Below are positions 1 through 12,404 of a stretch of 64,000 bases of DNA, piece by piece. Origin of the DNA: Paraspadella gotoi (taxonomy: Eukaryota; Animalia; Chaetognatha); contig CM119268.1 in NCBI GenBank assembly GCA_051294375.1, forward strand, positions 15,811,103-15,875,102, written 5' to 3'. The notes under the pieces are model-generated. The model did no database searches. It was not told where the DNA came from and saw only the letters and a list, made by a program, of their open reading frames with translations. Every line of letters starts with the position of its first letter. Position 1 is the first letter of the stretch. Position numbers and translations under genes: made by a program.

Positions 1-69
1 CCCCTCCCCCATCTACATCCCTCTTCCTCCATTCTATATTTTCCCCCTGCCCCTTTTTATCCCATATCC

Positions 70-620
70 ATTAGGCGGGTCAAAATTTAACATTTTTTTA
101 CAATATGAAAAAGTCTGCAATAAAAGTCTTTTGCCAAATTGACTTATGATGTTAATTTTTGATTAAATTAATTTTTCTCACGCAGGAAGCATTTTAATAT
201 TTAACAATATATAAGAATGCAAAAAGTTATTTTAAGAAATTTAAATTTTAAAAATGGATTCTGAAAAAGATTAAAAAGTTAGATAAGGTTAGTACTACAA
301 ATTTCGAAAATTTAATAATGATAAGATGGCTAAATATTGAAAAAATTAAAAAATCATCATCATCATCATTCATTAAATTTATATATTTTGTTAATTTTCT
401 AGATAATCATTACAATTTTCAAAAAGTTAGTAATAATAACCTTCATCTAACATTTTTAAGCTCTATCAGAATCCGTAAAAAAAATAAAATTTCTTTAAAA
501 AAATTGTTAACATTATATAGTATTAGGATATATAAAATAGCTTCCATGCGTTTAACAATAGATAAATCTTAAATTTTTTTTTAAAATTTTACACATAACA
601 TAATTTATACGGACTTCTGT
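70..620 (+). mobile_element. AT-rich dispersed repeat, probable non-autonomous DNA element (same family as the insertion at 19968-20539)
   Basis: Shares collinear motifs with the TSD-flanked insertion: GG(C/T)GGGTCA, GAAGCATT, TTTTAAAA..GGATTC, (ATC)n, TTTTTAAGCTCTATCAGAATC (453-472 vs 20340-20360), TTAACATTATATAG. Boundaries approximate. Confidence 0.55.
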
Positions 621-1215
621 AGTCTTGTAACCCTTCCCCTAAATATCCATCCCTCTTCCCTTTCTTCCCTCTCCCACTTCCCCCTTTCTTCACGTGCGAT
701 CGACTCGAGGCGAAAAATAATTATTTTCTCGTCGCGGCGTCGCGAGTCTCGACGATCGAACCGAGAGGCGAGTTTCACCTTCGGGTTTTCGTTTCACCAA
801 GCTCACGTGACTGGGGGATCTATCGATCACTCACGTGATTGCGAAACCACTCGATTTCGGACTCGACGTGTCTCGCGTTGGACGCACGAAAATATACGAA
901 TACGAATCAAATAAAAAAAAAAAAGCCGCATTTGTATTCTTCATCTTTTTTTTTTTGTTGATTCTTTCTTTCATTTACTTCATAGTCGATCGTTTTTAGT
1001 TACTCCCTCCTCGCCCCCCCTAATTTTCTTTATTCCCCCCGCTCGCTTCTTTTTTCTTTCCCCTCGGTCCAACAAAAACAATTTGCGGAAGATGTTTGAA
1101 AACACAACAAAACATCATCATTCAACCGCGACCGCAGCCGAATCACGCCTTCCCCATTTGCTTCATCCGCCCGGCGGAGTGAGACACTCGTTTCTCCTCA
1201 CTCTCTCTCTCTCTC

Positions 1216-1271
<56 letters not shown>

Positions 1272-1297
1272 CTCTCTCGTTCTCTCTCTCTCTTCTC

Positions 1298-1370
<73 letters not shown>

Positions 1371-1640
1371 CTCTCTCTCTGGCTCTTATGTTTTATGCTC
1401 TATCAAATTAAAATTTTCTAAAAAAGAGTCGTCTTGAATTACGCTGGTCATTTTTTTTTCAGCAAGAAGCAAATAATGAATAAAAATAAATTCCACCGTC
1501 GCCCAACGCAGGAGGTGGAACTGAGAAGAGGGGAAGGTTCATTAGTGAAGAATCAGAAGGTGAAGTGCAGGAGTGAGGTGAGGCAAGAAAGAAAGAAAGA
1601 AAGAAAGAAGAAAGAAAAGAAGAAAGAAAGGAAAAAGAAA

Positions 1641-1672
<32 letters not shown>

Positions 1673-2207
1673 AAAGAAGAAATTTAAGAAATCAATAAAA
1701 TGTATGTAACTATTAAAGGTAAAAAAAACTAAAAGAAAAAAAGAATAAAAAAGAAAAGTGACACACTAAAACAACTAAACAAAGTAAACAAACCGAAAAC
1801 GACAAACAACGACGACACACCATCGAACCCCCTTTCGTGCGGCGTTCACGCTTCCGTCGCATCAAGAAAAACAAACTCTCCTCTCTTCTCTCTTCTCTCT
1901 CTTCCTCGTTCTCTCTCTCTCTCTCTCTCCTCTCTCTCTCCTCTCTCTCTCTCTCCTCTCTCCCTCCCCTCCCCTCCCTCCCTCCTTCCATTTCTCTCCG
2001 TCGATTGTTTATATGTTTTTCTTTTTTCTTTTCTTTCGTTTATTTTTGTCAACCGCTCGACGTCGCCGCGAGCTGACGCGGCGCTTTTCGCCATCTCTCC
2101 CTCGTCGAAGGCGGCGATAAAAAAGGAGAAAACGAATATAAAAAAAAAACGAAACAATGAAATAGAAAAGGGGAGAGAGAGAGAGAGAGAGAGAGAGCAG
2201 AGAGAGA

Positions 2208-2250
<43 letters not shown>

Positions 2251-2294
2251 CAGAGAGAGAGAGAGAGAGAGAGAGCATGAGAAACGAGCTTCGC

Positions 2295-3150
2295 AGTGAA
2301 GAAAGGGGAGAAGTGGGAGAGGGAAGAGGGAAGAGGGAAGAGGGAAGAGGGATGGATATTAAGGCGGAACGGGTTACAAACTAACAGAAGTCCGGTGTAA
2401 ATATTGTTAATGTGTTTATTAAAGATCGTAAAAATCAAAAAAATTTAAGATTTATCCTATTGTTAACACGCATGGAAGCTATCTGATATTATCCTAATAC
2501 TATATAATGTTAACAATTTTTTATAAAGAAAATTTTATTTTTTTTTTACGCGAATTCTGATAGAGCTTAAAGAATGTTAGATGAAAAGCGTCATTTACAT
2601 AACAACTTTTTGAAATGTAATGATTTATCTAGTGAAAAATTAACAAAAAACTAATAAATTTAATGATGATGATGATGATTTTTTAAGATTTTTTCAAATT
2701 TAAGCTCATTTATCATTAAAATTTTCGAAATTTGTAGTACTAACCTTTATCTAACTTTTTAATCTTTATCAGAATCCATTTTTAAAAATTTAAATTTCTT
2801 AAAATAACTTTTATGCATTTCTTATATATTGTTAAATATTAAAATGCTTCCATGCGTGAGAAAAATTAATTTAATCAAAAGTTAACATCATAAGTCAATT
2901 TGGCAAAAGACTTTTATTGCAGACTTTTTCATATTGTAAAAAATGTTAAATTTTGACCCGCCTTAATGGATATGGGATAAAAAGGGGGCAGGGGAAAATA
3001 AGAGAAGTGGGAGGGAAGAGGGATGTAGATGGGGGAGGGGGAGAAATGTGTACTCCAAAGAAAAAGTTATTACTATAACCACAATACGACGTCGTGGTAA
3101 ATGATAATTGGATTTAAAAAGAATTATTAGAAAAAAATAGTAATCTTGAC
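2295..3150 (-). repeat. Inverted copy of 1-~690 and of ~3450-4350
   Basis: 2941-3040 is the reverse complement of 1-100. ATTCTGATAGAGCTTAA at ~2555 mirrors TTAAGCTCTATCAGAAT. 3043-3150 mirrors 3450-3570. Confidence 0.85.
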
Positions 3151-3569
3151 TTCTCTCATCATCTCTCTCTCTCTCTCCTCCTACGCACGCACAATCTCGC
3201 TACCTTCCAAGATGCTTGCTACGCCATTTATTGACCAGGTTTTATTAAAATGCTCTTGCCTCTTGAGATTCTTCAGTACATTTAGTTATTATTAACAGCC
3301 AAAGTGTTAATTCTCTGTTCGCCTTCTCCATCAGAGAATATTATTTATTAAAATTTTCATCAAAAAATTACTAGGTTTGATTAAATTAAGATCTAATTAA
3401 TATTCAACTATAATTATTACATTTCACCGGTTTTAATGACACATCTCCCGTCAAGATTACTATTTTTTTCCCTAATAAAATTTCCCCCCTTTTAAAATCC
3501 AATTTATCATTAACACGACGTCTCGTATTGTGGCTTATAGTATAACTTTTTCTTTGGAGTAACACATTT

Positions 3570-5814
3570 CTCCCCCTCTCGCCCATCTACATCCTTCTTC
3601 CCTCCCTCCTTCTCTTATTTTCCCCTGCCCCATTGTTTATCACCACTATTCCATTTAGGCGGCGTCAAATCTTAACACATTTTCTTACAATATGAAAACG
3701 TCGTTGCATAAAAGTCTTTTGCCAAATTGTAACTGTATATGTTAACCCTTTCTGCATTAAATTTAATTTTTCTCTCCGCTGGAAGCATTTTAATATTTAA
3801 CAATATTATAAGAAATGCCATTAAAAGTTTATTTTAAGACAATTTAAATTTTTTATAGAAATGGATTCTGGATAACAAGTTAAAAAGTTAGCAGTAAAGG
3901 TTAGGTACTACTACAATTTCGAAATTTTAATGATAATGACGCTTAATATTGAAAAAAAATCTTAAAAAATCATCATGCATCACTCGAGTTCATTAAATTT
4001 TATTAGTTTTTGTTAATTTCACTGATAAATCATTACATTTCAAAAAGTTGTTATGTAATAATGACGCTTTTCATCTAAACATTTTAAGCTCTATCAGAAT
4101 TCGCGTAAAAAAAAAATAAAATTTTCTTTAAAAACAATGTTTAAACAGTTATATATTAGTGATAAATATAACAATAGCTTCATGCGTTTAACAATAGGGA
4201 TAGACATCTTAAATTTTTCTTTGATTTTTACGAAGTTTATATAAACACATTGACCCAATATTCCACTCAGGCTCTGTCTAGTATCAGTCTTGTAACCTGT
4301 TCCCCCAACTATCCATCCCGCTCTTCCCTCTCCCACTTCTCCCCTTTCTTTCATGGTCGATCGCGACTCGAGGCGAAGTAATACTTTTCTCGTCGTCGGA
4401 CGTCGCGTAGTCCTCGCACGATCGAAGCGAGAGGCGCGAGTTTCAGCCTTCGGGTTTTTGTTTTTCCGTTTTCCCACCTAACACGAGTCACGGGCTGGCT
4501 GGCGGGAATCTATCGAGTCATCACGTGGTATATTGCCGAAACGCACTCGATTCGGAAATAACAGCGACGTGTTGTTGGACGCGTGTGGGCCGCACGAAAA
4601 ATATACGAATACGAATACAAAATAAAAAAAAAAGAAAGTCGCATTTGATTCTTCCATCTTTGTTTTTTTGTTGGTTTAGATTTCTTTTCTATTCTTTATC
4701 ATAGTCGATCGTTTTACCTTAAGTTACTACCGTGCTCGCGCTCCTCCCCCCCCCTCAATTTCTTCGCTATCTTCCCCCCGCTCGCTTCTTTTTTCTTTCC
4801 CCTCGGTCCAAGCAAAAAACCCAATTTGCGGAATGTTTGAAACAGACAACAAAAACATTCTTTCAACTGGCGACCGCGGATCCGAATCATCTCTTGTTCC
4901 TTCCCATTTGCTCCATCCGCGCCGGCGAGCGAGTAGACACCTTTTCTCTCAACTTCTCTCTCTTTCTCTCTTCGCTTCCTCTCTCCTTCTCTCTCTTCTC
5001 TCTTCTTCTCTCATCTCCTCTCTTCTTCTTCGTCTCTCTCCTCGTCTCGGGGGGTCTTCGGCTGCTTGTCGGCTCTTGTTCTGGTCTCGGGTTGGGGGGC
5101 TCTCCTCTCGGGCTGCTCGTCTCTGCGGGGTCGCCTCTCGTGCGGCTGCTCTGCTCTCCGTTGTGCTCTTTGGTTTTTGGCGGTGCTCGTGCTTCTGGTC
5201 TTAGGGGGTTGGTTTATGCCTCTATCAAGAATTAAATTATTTGTGCGGTAAGAAAAGACGTTCGCTTGGAATTACGCTGGTCATTTTTTGTTTCAGCGGA
5301 AGACAAAAATGGAATGAAATTAAAAATTAATGGATTTTTATTCCACCGTCGGCCGCAACGCAGGAGGTTGGAACTGAGAAGAGGGGAGGAGGTTTCATTT
5401 ACAGATAGTAATCAGAGAGGTGACGTCAGCAGTGGAGTGAGGCTGAAGAGCAGAAAGAAAGAAGAAAGAAGAAGAATAGAAGAAGAAGAGAAGGAAAGAA
5501 AGAAAAGAAAGATGAAAGAAAGAAGAAGAAGAGCAAAAAGAAAGAAGAAAAAAGAAAACAACAATTTAAGAAATCAATAAAAGTATTGAACTAGATTAAA
5601 GTTAAAAGAAAACTAAAAAGAAAAAAAGATGGAGTAAGAGAAGAAGTGACAACTAGAAACAACTCAACAATAGAACAAACAAACGAAACGGGACAACACA
5701 CGAGCGAAGCAGCATCGAACCCCCTGTCGTGGCGGCGTTCACAGCTTTCCGTCGCCAATCAAAAAAACAAAAGCTTCTCTCCTCTCTCTCTCTCTCGTCT
5801 CTCTCTCTCTCTCG

Positions 5815-5852
<38 letters not shown>

Positions 5853-5945
5853 CTCTCTCTCTCCTCTCTCCCTCCCCCTCCCCTCCCTCCCTCCTTCCAT
5901 TTCTTTCTCCGGTCGATGTGTTCATAAATGTTTTTCTTTTTCATT
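3570..5945 (+). repeat. Noisy direct copy of 1-~2040
   Basis: Collinear with the window start (e.g. CCCCTCGGTCCAA at ~1060 and ~4800; GGAACTGAGAAGAGGGGA at ~1517 and ~5370) but with many single-base insertions typical of an uncorrected long read. Confidence 0.85.
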
Positions 5946-6557
5946 TGTTTCGTTTTTTTTTTTTTATATTCGTTTCTCTCCTTTTTCATCGCCGCCATAT
6001 CGACGAGGGAGAGATTGGCGAAAAGCGCCGCGTCAGCTCGCGCGANNNNNNNNNNNNNNNNNNNNNNNNNCCTCTCCGCTTATCTCTTTTTCTCCTTCTC
6101 CCTTTCTTCCTTTGCTCTTCTCCCTGTCTCGTCTCCTCTCTCTCCCCTCTTGTTTCCCTCCTTTTCCTCTCTGCTCTCCCCTCTCGTGTTGCTCTGTTTC
6201 GCAGTCTTCCTTCTTTCCTTTTCCTTCCTTATCCCCTTCTCATCTTCTCTCTCTCTCCTCTCCTCTCTCGTCTCTCCTCTCTCTTCTCTCTCTCTCTCTC
6301 TCACGCACGCACAATCCGCTACCTTCCAAGATGCTGCTACGCATTTATTTGACAGGTTTATTAAAATGCTCTTGCCTCTTTGCGATTCTTCAGTACATTC
6401 TAGTTATATTAAGCCAAAGTGTTAATTCTCTGTTCGCCTTCTCTCAGAGAATTATTAATTTTAAAATTTATCAAAAATTACTAGTTTGATAAATTTAAAG
6501 ATCTCAATTAATATTCAACTATAATTATTAACTTTCACGGTTTTAATGACACATCTC

Positions 6558-6596
<39 letters not shown>

Positions 6597-7960
6597 ATTG
6601 GCTTTATTTTTTTGAAAATTAGGAATATTTAGTTATAAAGTTATACTCTTAATTTTAAAAAAAATAAATTTAGTATTAACATACATAATTAAAAATAAGA
6701 TCCGCCTTGAATAATTAATATGTAATTATGTATAAATTTTGAAGTCGTGAAATTCCAAAAATATCGAAGCGAATATAAATAGTAATTATTTCTTAAAAAC
6801 GATGTGGCCTGTGGGGTTAATTAAGATTCTCTTTGAACCGAAGCTGACATTTTTGTTCAATTGTTTTGGCAAAAGAAAAGGGGAACTCGGGAGAAATCAT
6901 TAGAGTTGCGTGATATTAGGGCAAAGACGAGGATGAATTCAGAAAAAAATGATAAGTTAAGAATGTATAGAGGAAAGAAAAACACAAAAGTGAGATAGTA
7001 AATATACACATATAGAAATAAAAGGGAAATTGAAGGAAATGTAGAGTTAGAAAAAGAGACACACAAATTCTGAATATAAAAAAATAGGGAGGAGGAAGAG
7101 GAAGAGGAAGATTTGACGATAAAGAGGCGTGGCGGTATTCAAGCGCAAAGAAAGCGGAAGGAGTTCAGGGGGCGGAACTTCGTTCGAGTGGGAGGAAAGA
7201 GGGGTGAGAAGGGAGGAAAGAGAGTGGGGCAGAAGATAGGAAATAAGGGGAGATACGAGAAAAGAAAAATAAAGCAAAGAAGAAAGGGAAATAAAGCAGC
7301 GAAAAATCCACGGATGTTATTGTTTTTTTTTTGAAAAGAAAGAAAGACGAATTTGACTTCATTTTTTAAAACGAGGTTATTCGTCAGTAAGTTAGTAAGT
7401 TAGTAGTGTTTTTAAGCTGCTTTTGATGCTCTTTGTCATTTATGGGTCGATGTCGGCCATTGACTCTGAACTCGTCACGAAGAAACGGAATCCGTTTCTC
7501 TCTCTGTCTCTATCTTCCTCTCTCTCTCTCNNNNNNNNNNNNNNNNNNNNNNNNNGTTGGAGACGAGTTTAGTTTTCGCGCAGTAAAAGGAGGAAACGGA
7601 AAGAAAAGGGACATTCCGAACTTGCCGCGTCACGCGATGATCTCCGAAAGGACGGGCAGAAATTGATCGCTTGATAAGGTGTGGAAATCGTAGGAGGCGA
7701 AGGAAAAAGGGAGAAGTGAGAAGAGAGGAGAGAAAGGGGAGAGAATGAGAGAGAGGAGAGAGAGAGGAGAGTTTCAGAGAGAGCGAGAGCAACGAGAGAT
7801 CAGATGACGGAGGAAGAGAGGAGAGATCTTTTATAAGTTTCACAACTGAGCATAGTCTAATTTCAAAACCTTTGGCACATGACTTTTTTGTTTTTATATA
7901 TTCAATATTTCCTTTTTATATTTTATTTTTTCCCTCTTATATTTTCAATTTTCTTTCCTT

Positions 7961-8205
7961 CTTCAACTACTTTCCTTTTTCCTCACTCGTATTTTCTCTT
8001 TCCTTCTACATCTACTTTCCTTCTACATCTACTTTCCTTTTTCCTCCCTCGTCTTTTCTCTTTCCTTCTACATCTACTTTCCTTTTTCCTCTCTCGTCTT
8101 TTCTATTTCCTTCTACATCTACTTTCCTTTTTTCTCCCTCGTCTTTTCTTTTTCCTTCTAAATCTACTTTCCTTTTTCCTCCCTCGTCTTTTCTTTTTCC
8201 TTCCT
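7961..8205. repeat. 45-bp minisatellite, about 5 copies
   Basis: Unit approx TTTCCTTCTACATCTACTTTCCTTTTTCCTCCCTCGTCTTTTCTC, repeated in tandem with few substitutions. Confidence 0.85.
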
Positions 8206-8531
8206 CCCTGACTCGAGGGTCTCATCCTAATCTTCTTTCTCCGTCTTTATCATCTAATTCGATCGCGCGCAGAATTTCGTGTTCCGTCGATTCACATCGT
8301 TTCTGTCTCTTTGTGAGATGGAATCTGTGAGCCTTCACACGACGGAGGGGATGTACTATAAGTCGGAAAAAAATTGCTAGGCCCCAATGATATTTATTTT
8401 AGAGAACTGTTGGCGAAAATTAGATAGAATATTAAATAATGACAACAATTTCACTAGAGGGAAAGAGGGAGAGAGGGAGAGAGGGAGAGAGAGAGAGTGA
8501 TGGTGAATAATCCGTGATTGGAAAAGTATAC

Positions 8532-8730
8532 CTTCCCACCAAGAGTAGAGAGGACATCGTAAATAAAGCAATTGTAGGTAACATTTTTTGAAAGTGGCGC
8601 GGCTAAATTTGAAAGAGGCGAAGCGAAAAAGCAGGCAATTCCTAACCAGAATGGGAGAAAAAGAGAGTCCAATCTTTTTTTGAATGAGAGTGAAAGAGAT
8701 AGAAAGAGAGAGAGACGAGGATGAGAGAGC

Positions 8731-8785
<55 letters not shown>

Positions 8786-8825
8786 ACCGTACGACTTCAT
8801 TTCTTTCCCTAGCGGAGGTCAAGGG

Positions 8826-8879
<54 letters not shown>

Positions 8880-9218
8880 CTCGTCGTCCCCGCATTCCGT
8901 ACAAACGTTCGCGTTTGAGCGTCACGCTTCGTAACGTGACTTTGTCCNNNNNNNNNNNNNNNNNNNNNNNNNNNNNNNNNNNNNNNNNNNNNNNNNNNNN
9001 NNNNNNNNNNNNNNNNNNNNNNNNNNNNNNNNNNNNNNNNNNNNNNNNNNNNNNNNNNNNNNNNNNNNNNNNNNNNNNNNNNNNNNNNNNNNNNNNNNNN
9101 NNNNNNNNNNNNNNNNNNNNNNNNNNNNNAAGGAAAGGTTCTTTCGTGGGAAAACGATGCCAGGTAATGCTGGGATCAAGGTGGGCGTGGCACAACCTCA
9201 TGAATTCCCAACCGACGT
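8532..9218 (-). CDS. Internal exons of an unidentified spliced gene (gene may extend ~8377-10400)
   Basis: Acceptor TTTTCTTGCAG|9218 opens DVGWEFMRLCHAHLDPSITWHRFPTKEPFL, which runs into a gap. An exon ending 8788 (poly-D..PLTSARERNEVVR|GTATAT, phase 2) splices in frame to 8641-8532 (NCLLFRFASFKFSRATFKKCYLQLLYLRCPLYSWWE|GTATAC). A TGA upstream of the poly-D frame is unexplained. No family recognised. Confidence 0.45.
8826..8888. repeat. (GTC)n microsatellite (poly-Asp on the minus strand); similar tract at 9787-9826
   Basis: Direct reading of the sequence. Confidence 0.95.
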
Positions 9219-9786
9219 CTGCAAGAAAACGAAATGTAGGCAAACAACGAAGATATACTACGCCGTTTCAAAAGAAATTTAAAATAAATAAACGAATACA
9301 AAATTATTTGAATGAATCAAATCAATTAATGGATTATGAGATTGTACCAGTGTGGACAATGACAATCAGTTCAGAGATCATAATGTTAATAGTGAATTGT
9401 TTGGTATTCAAATATAATACTATTGACAATAGATATTATACAATTTCCACGATTCAGTATGCCGCATCCTAACAAGACCTTTTGCCCATTATAAACGCTG
9501 TTACAGCGCCAGCCCTTCATCCCTCTGCCGTATCGGCTTCTTCTCTCACGACTACCCGACGTATCGCCCTCCGTTTACGCTCTCCGTATCGGCTTTGTCT
9601 TCCACCGCGACGTCCTCGCGTAAATCCTCTCCTTGAAAGGAAGTGAAAATGGTTGTCGCTTTGAGAAAAAAAAGGAAATGGTGTTTTGACGAGCGAAGGA
9701 GAAGACGATAGTGTCTCTCGCGCCGCGCGTCTCTCCCCTTACGACGACCAAGAATGCGGCCAGCGGTGAGTTATGACGGGGGATTT

Positions 9787-9827
<41 letters not shown>

Positions 9828-11143
9828 GCGTCTTATTCAAGCTTAACGTCCACGAAGTTGCTTTCGACGTCGTCGTCTTCCTCGTTCTGTCATTGTCATT
9901 TTCTTTCGTCGAAGATTTATGTGAAGTAAAGATATAATAGTATTTGTATATAATATAGGGAATATAATTACACTTGTTTTTGTACTATATTACGATCAAT
10001 TGGATGAAAATAGATCGAATTGCTAGCTTTTTTTTCCCAAGATCGTTTTTCTATCTGACCAATGACGTTTTGTATCTTCTTCGTCATCGTCGTTGTTTAT
10101 TCGTCGTTTTCGTCGTTTTCGTTGTCGTTGGCCGCTCGTGCGAAACCGGAAGTTGATGGAAGAAGCTGACGTCATAAGGAAACGCCATCTTGAGGGATCA
10201 AAAGATGAGCGGCATCACAAAAGACATCAGCGGAATTATTGTCGCGCCGCTGCGTTCACTGCCGCTTCCGGCGCTGCCTTCGCCGCTGCCTTCGCCGCTG
10301 CCTTCGTCGCTCATGTTATTATTCGTTCTTTTTTCTCTTTCGTCGTCGTCGTTGTTGTTAAATAGAGCGAATGTTTTACTTTTTTTCCAGGTTTCCACGC
10401 TGTTTATATTGACTTTTTAAAGTAAGTGAGTCAAGGATGCAACACTTTTTGCAAAACAGGGGTCTTTGAAGGAATATAATGTCATCACTTTTTGAACAAT
10501 ATTTTTTTTCTCGAGAATAAAACTCGTTGTATGCTATTGAAGAAAGAAATTTACATAAATTCTAGTATAATGAGATAAACATAAGTGACAGAAAATTGGA
10601 GCAAGTGGCGCGTCATCGGTAACGTCAACACTGTAGTGGTAGTATTTCATACCCCACTACTCGTCCGAGAATCAGCAGCACCTATGGCGCCAGAGGTAGC
10701 ACGAGCTCCTCCCAACCCAAAGTACTCGGGTTCGCGCCCTGCTGATTCACACAAGTAAAAGCGGGACGGGACGTCTAACCCACCTGTAGTGTCGGACTAC
10801 AGCCCTATCCGAAGTTCGGGACCTTGTGTGCAACGGACGGTAAACTGCTCGCGGCATCGTTTTCCACAACACTCTTCATCAGCCAAAGCCCAACTTTTCC
10901 GGCTGAGGCTATCACGCTGAGGCGAGCGGGTTCGTCTAATATGTGTGGCGCATCTAAGATGACTTTCTTTTTAAAATCCTGTTTAGAATAACTTGATTGT
11001 TTGTCTATTAAATTATTAATTAATACAACTGCAAAATCTTGTTTTACGAGATTTGTATGTTCCGAATAGTTCAATAAGTCACTTCCGTAAACTTGTGTTA
11101 AAGACCGTGCAGATTTTGTAACGCCCATCTCTTAGCAACAATG

Positions 11144-11199
<56 letters not shown>

Positions 11200-11514
11200 T
11201 TCCGACGCCCAGTTGTTTACGGTTCAGCTTTCAAAACAAGACAGGGAAGGCGTAGAGGAAGAAGTTAAAACGGACGGGCACGACGACGTAGAAGACGATA
11301 ATATTCGCTTGACGACGACCACGACGAAGACGAACTACGTAGACGACGATGACGATGAACACTCATTAGTGATACATTTTACCTAATCACTTTTTCTCAA
11401 ATTAACGAAAGCTTGGAGTTGCGAAAGCGATACATGCTGATTGAACGATTAATTGGTTGATTAATTAATTGACAATTTCTTATTCGTCAATTTCAAAGTA
11501 TCTACGTCGACTTA

Positions 11515-11612
11515 GATTAATAAATCATTAACTATTTATTAAATCATTACTATTATTATGGATTAATAAATTATTAACTATTTATTAAATCATTACTATT
11601 ATTATGGATTAA
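11515..11612. repeat. 46-bp AT-rich tandem repeat, 2 copies (also ~16827-16925)
   Basis: GATTAATAAAT(C/T)ATTAACTATTTATTAAATCATTACTATTATTATG occurs twice. Confidence 0.85.
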
Positions 11613-11792
11613 ATAAACAGTTTTTTAAGCCGAGAAAAAGTTTCTTCGCTTTTAAAACATTGACCGATGGATTTCAACCGCTTTTATTTTTTGGAAAAAG
11701 CTCAATGGATAGGGATAGGGCATGATACTTAAAAGGTGTATCAGGCTTTTTTAAACTCCTAATAATATTTTTTTGACGTAAACGACGACAAT

Positions 11793-12156
11793 GTGGACGA
11801 TGACGACAACCACGACGACGTTGAAGTAAAAAGAAACGACGAGGAAAGGAAATTCCTTGACTCGGAAATTTATATCGAACGTCATTCGCAGTGGAGCCCC
11901 CGCTCCGCCCCGTTCGCTTCTTTACCCATGGCCGCTTATCTACCGCAAGGAAGCAGCACAATCTGCCCTCGCCGCCTCCGTTCTTTACGCGGTCACGTGC
12001 GCCTTTCTCACCCTCTGCTTGTCGGCTGCCTCGGGCCGGGTGCTTGGCTACCGCACGCTGATTTCTTTATTGCCTCCACCTGAAGAAAGATATTTCTTCG
12101 GCGAAGACATTTTACGGTCTCACGGCAGCGCCATCTGGTATCACTCTCTCTCTCTC

Positions 12157-12236
<80 letters not shown>

Positions 12237-12404
12237 TCTCCCTCCCTCCCTCCCTGTCCGCTCCTACCGACTCCCCCAGCCCCCCTGCCCCTGTCTATCA
12301 GGCCGGGCGCAAGATTTTTTACGATGTTCCTCTTTTGAGCCTCTGAGGTTTCGAGAGTGAATCCCAGAGGTCGTTAGGAGGCTTTTGTTTTTCAAGAAGA
12401 GGGG
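11793..12404 (+). CDS. Exons of an unidentified spliced gene with one hydrophobic (possible TM) segment; further candidate exons to ~14460
   Basis: Consensus of the two duplicate copies gives one frame: ...ERHSQWSPAPPRSLLYPWPLIYRKEAAQSALAASVLYAVTCAFLTLCLSAASGRVLGYRTLISLLPPPEERYFFGEDILRSHGSAIW. Donor after 12137, CT-rich intron, acceptor CTATCAG|12302 (PGEDFLRCSSFEPLRFRE...), donor GTAAGG at 12405. Each copy alone is frameshifted. Confidence 0.45.

Noticed and set aside
10581-10960. Cadherin-like motif (VDVTDDAP..P.F) or retroelement fragment on the minus strand
   Set aside because: The motif does not match DxNDNxPxF properly, the frames differ between the two copies, and no other cadherin or reverse transcriptase motifs are nearby.
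7961-11612. 45-bp and 46-bp repeats as a possible CRISPR array
   Set aside because: Units are contiguous with no unique spacers, no cas genes are present, and the context is eukaryotic.
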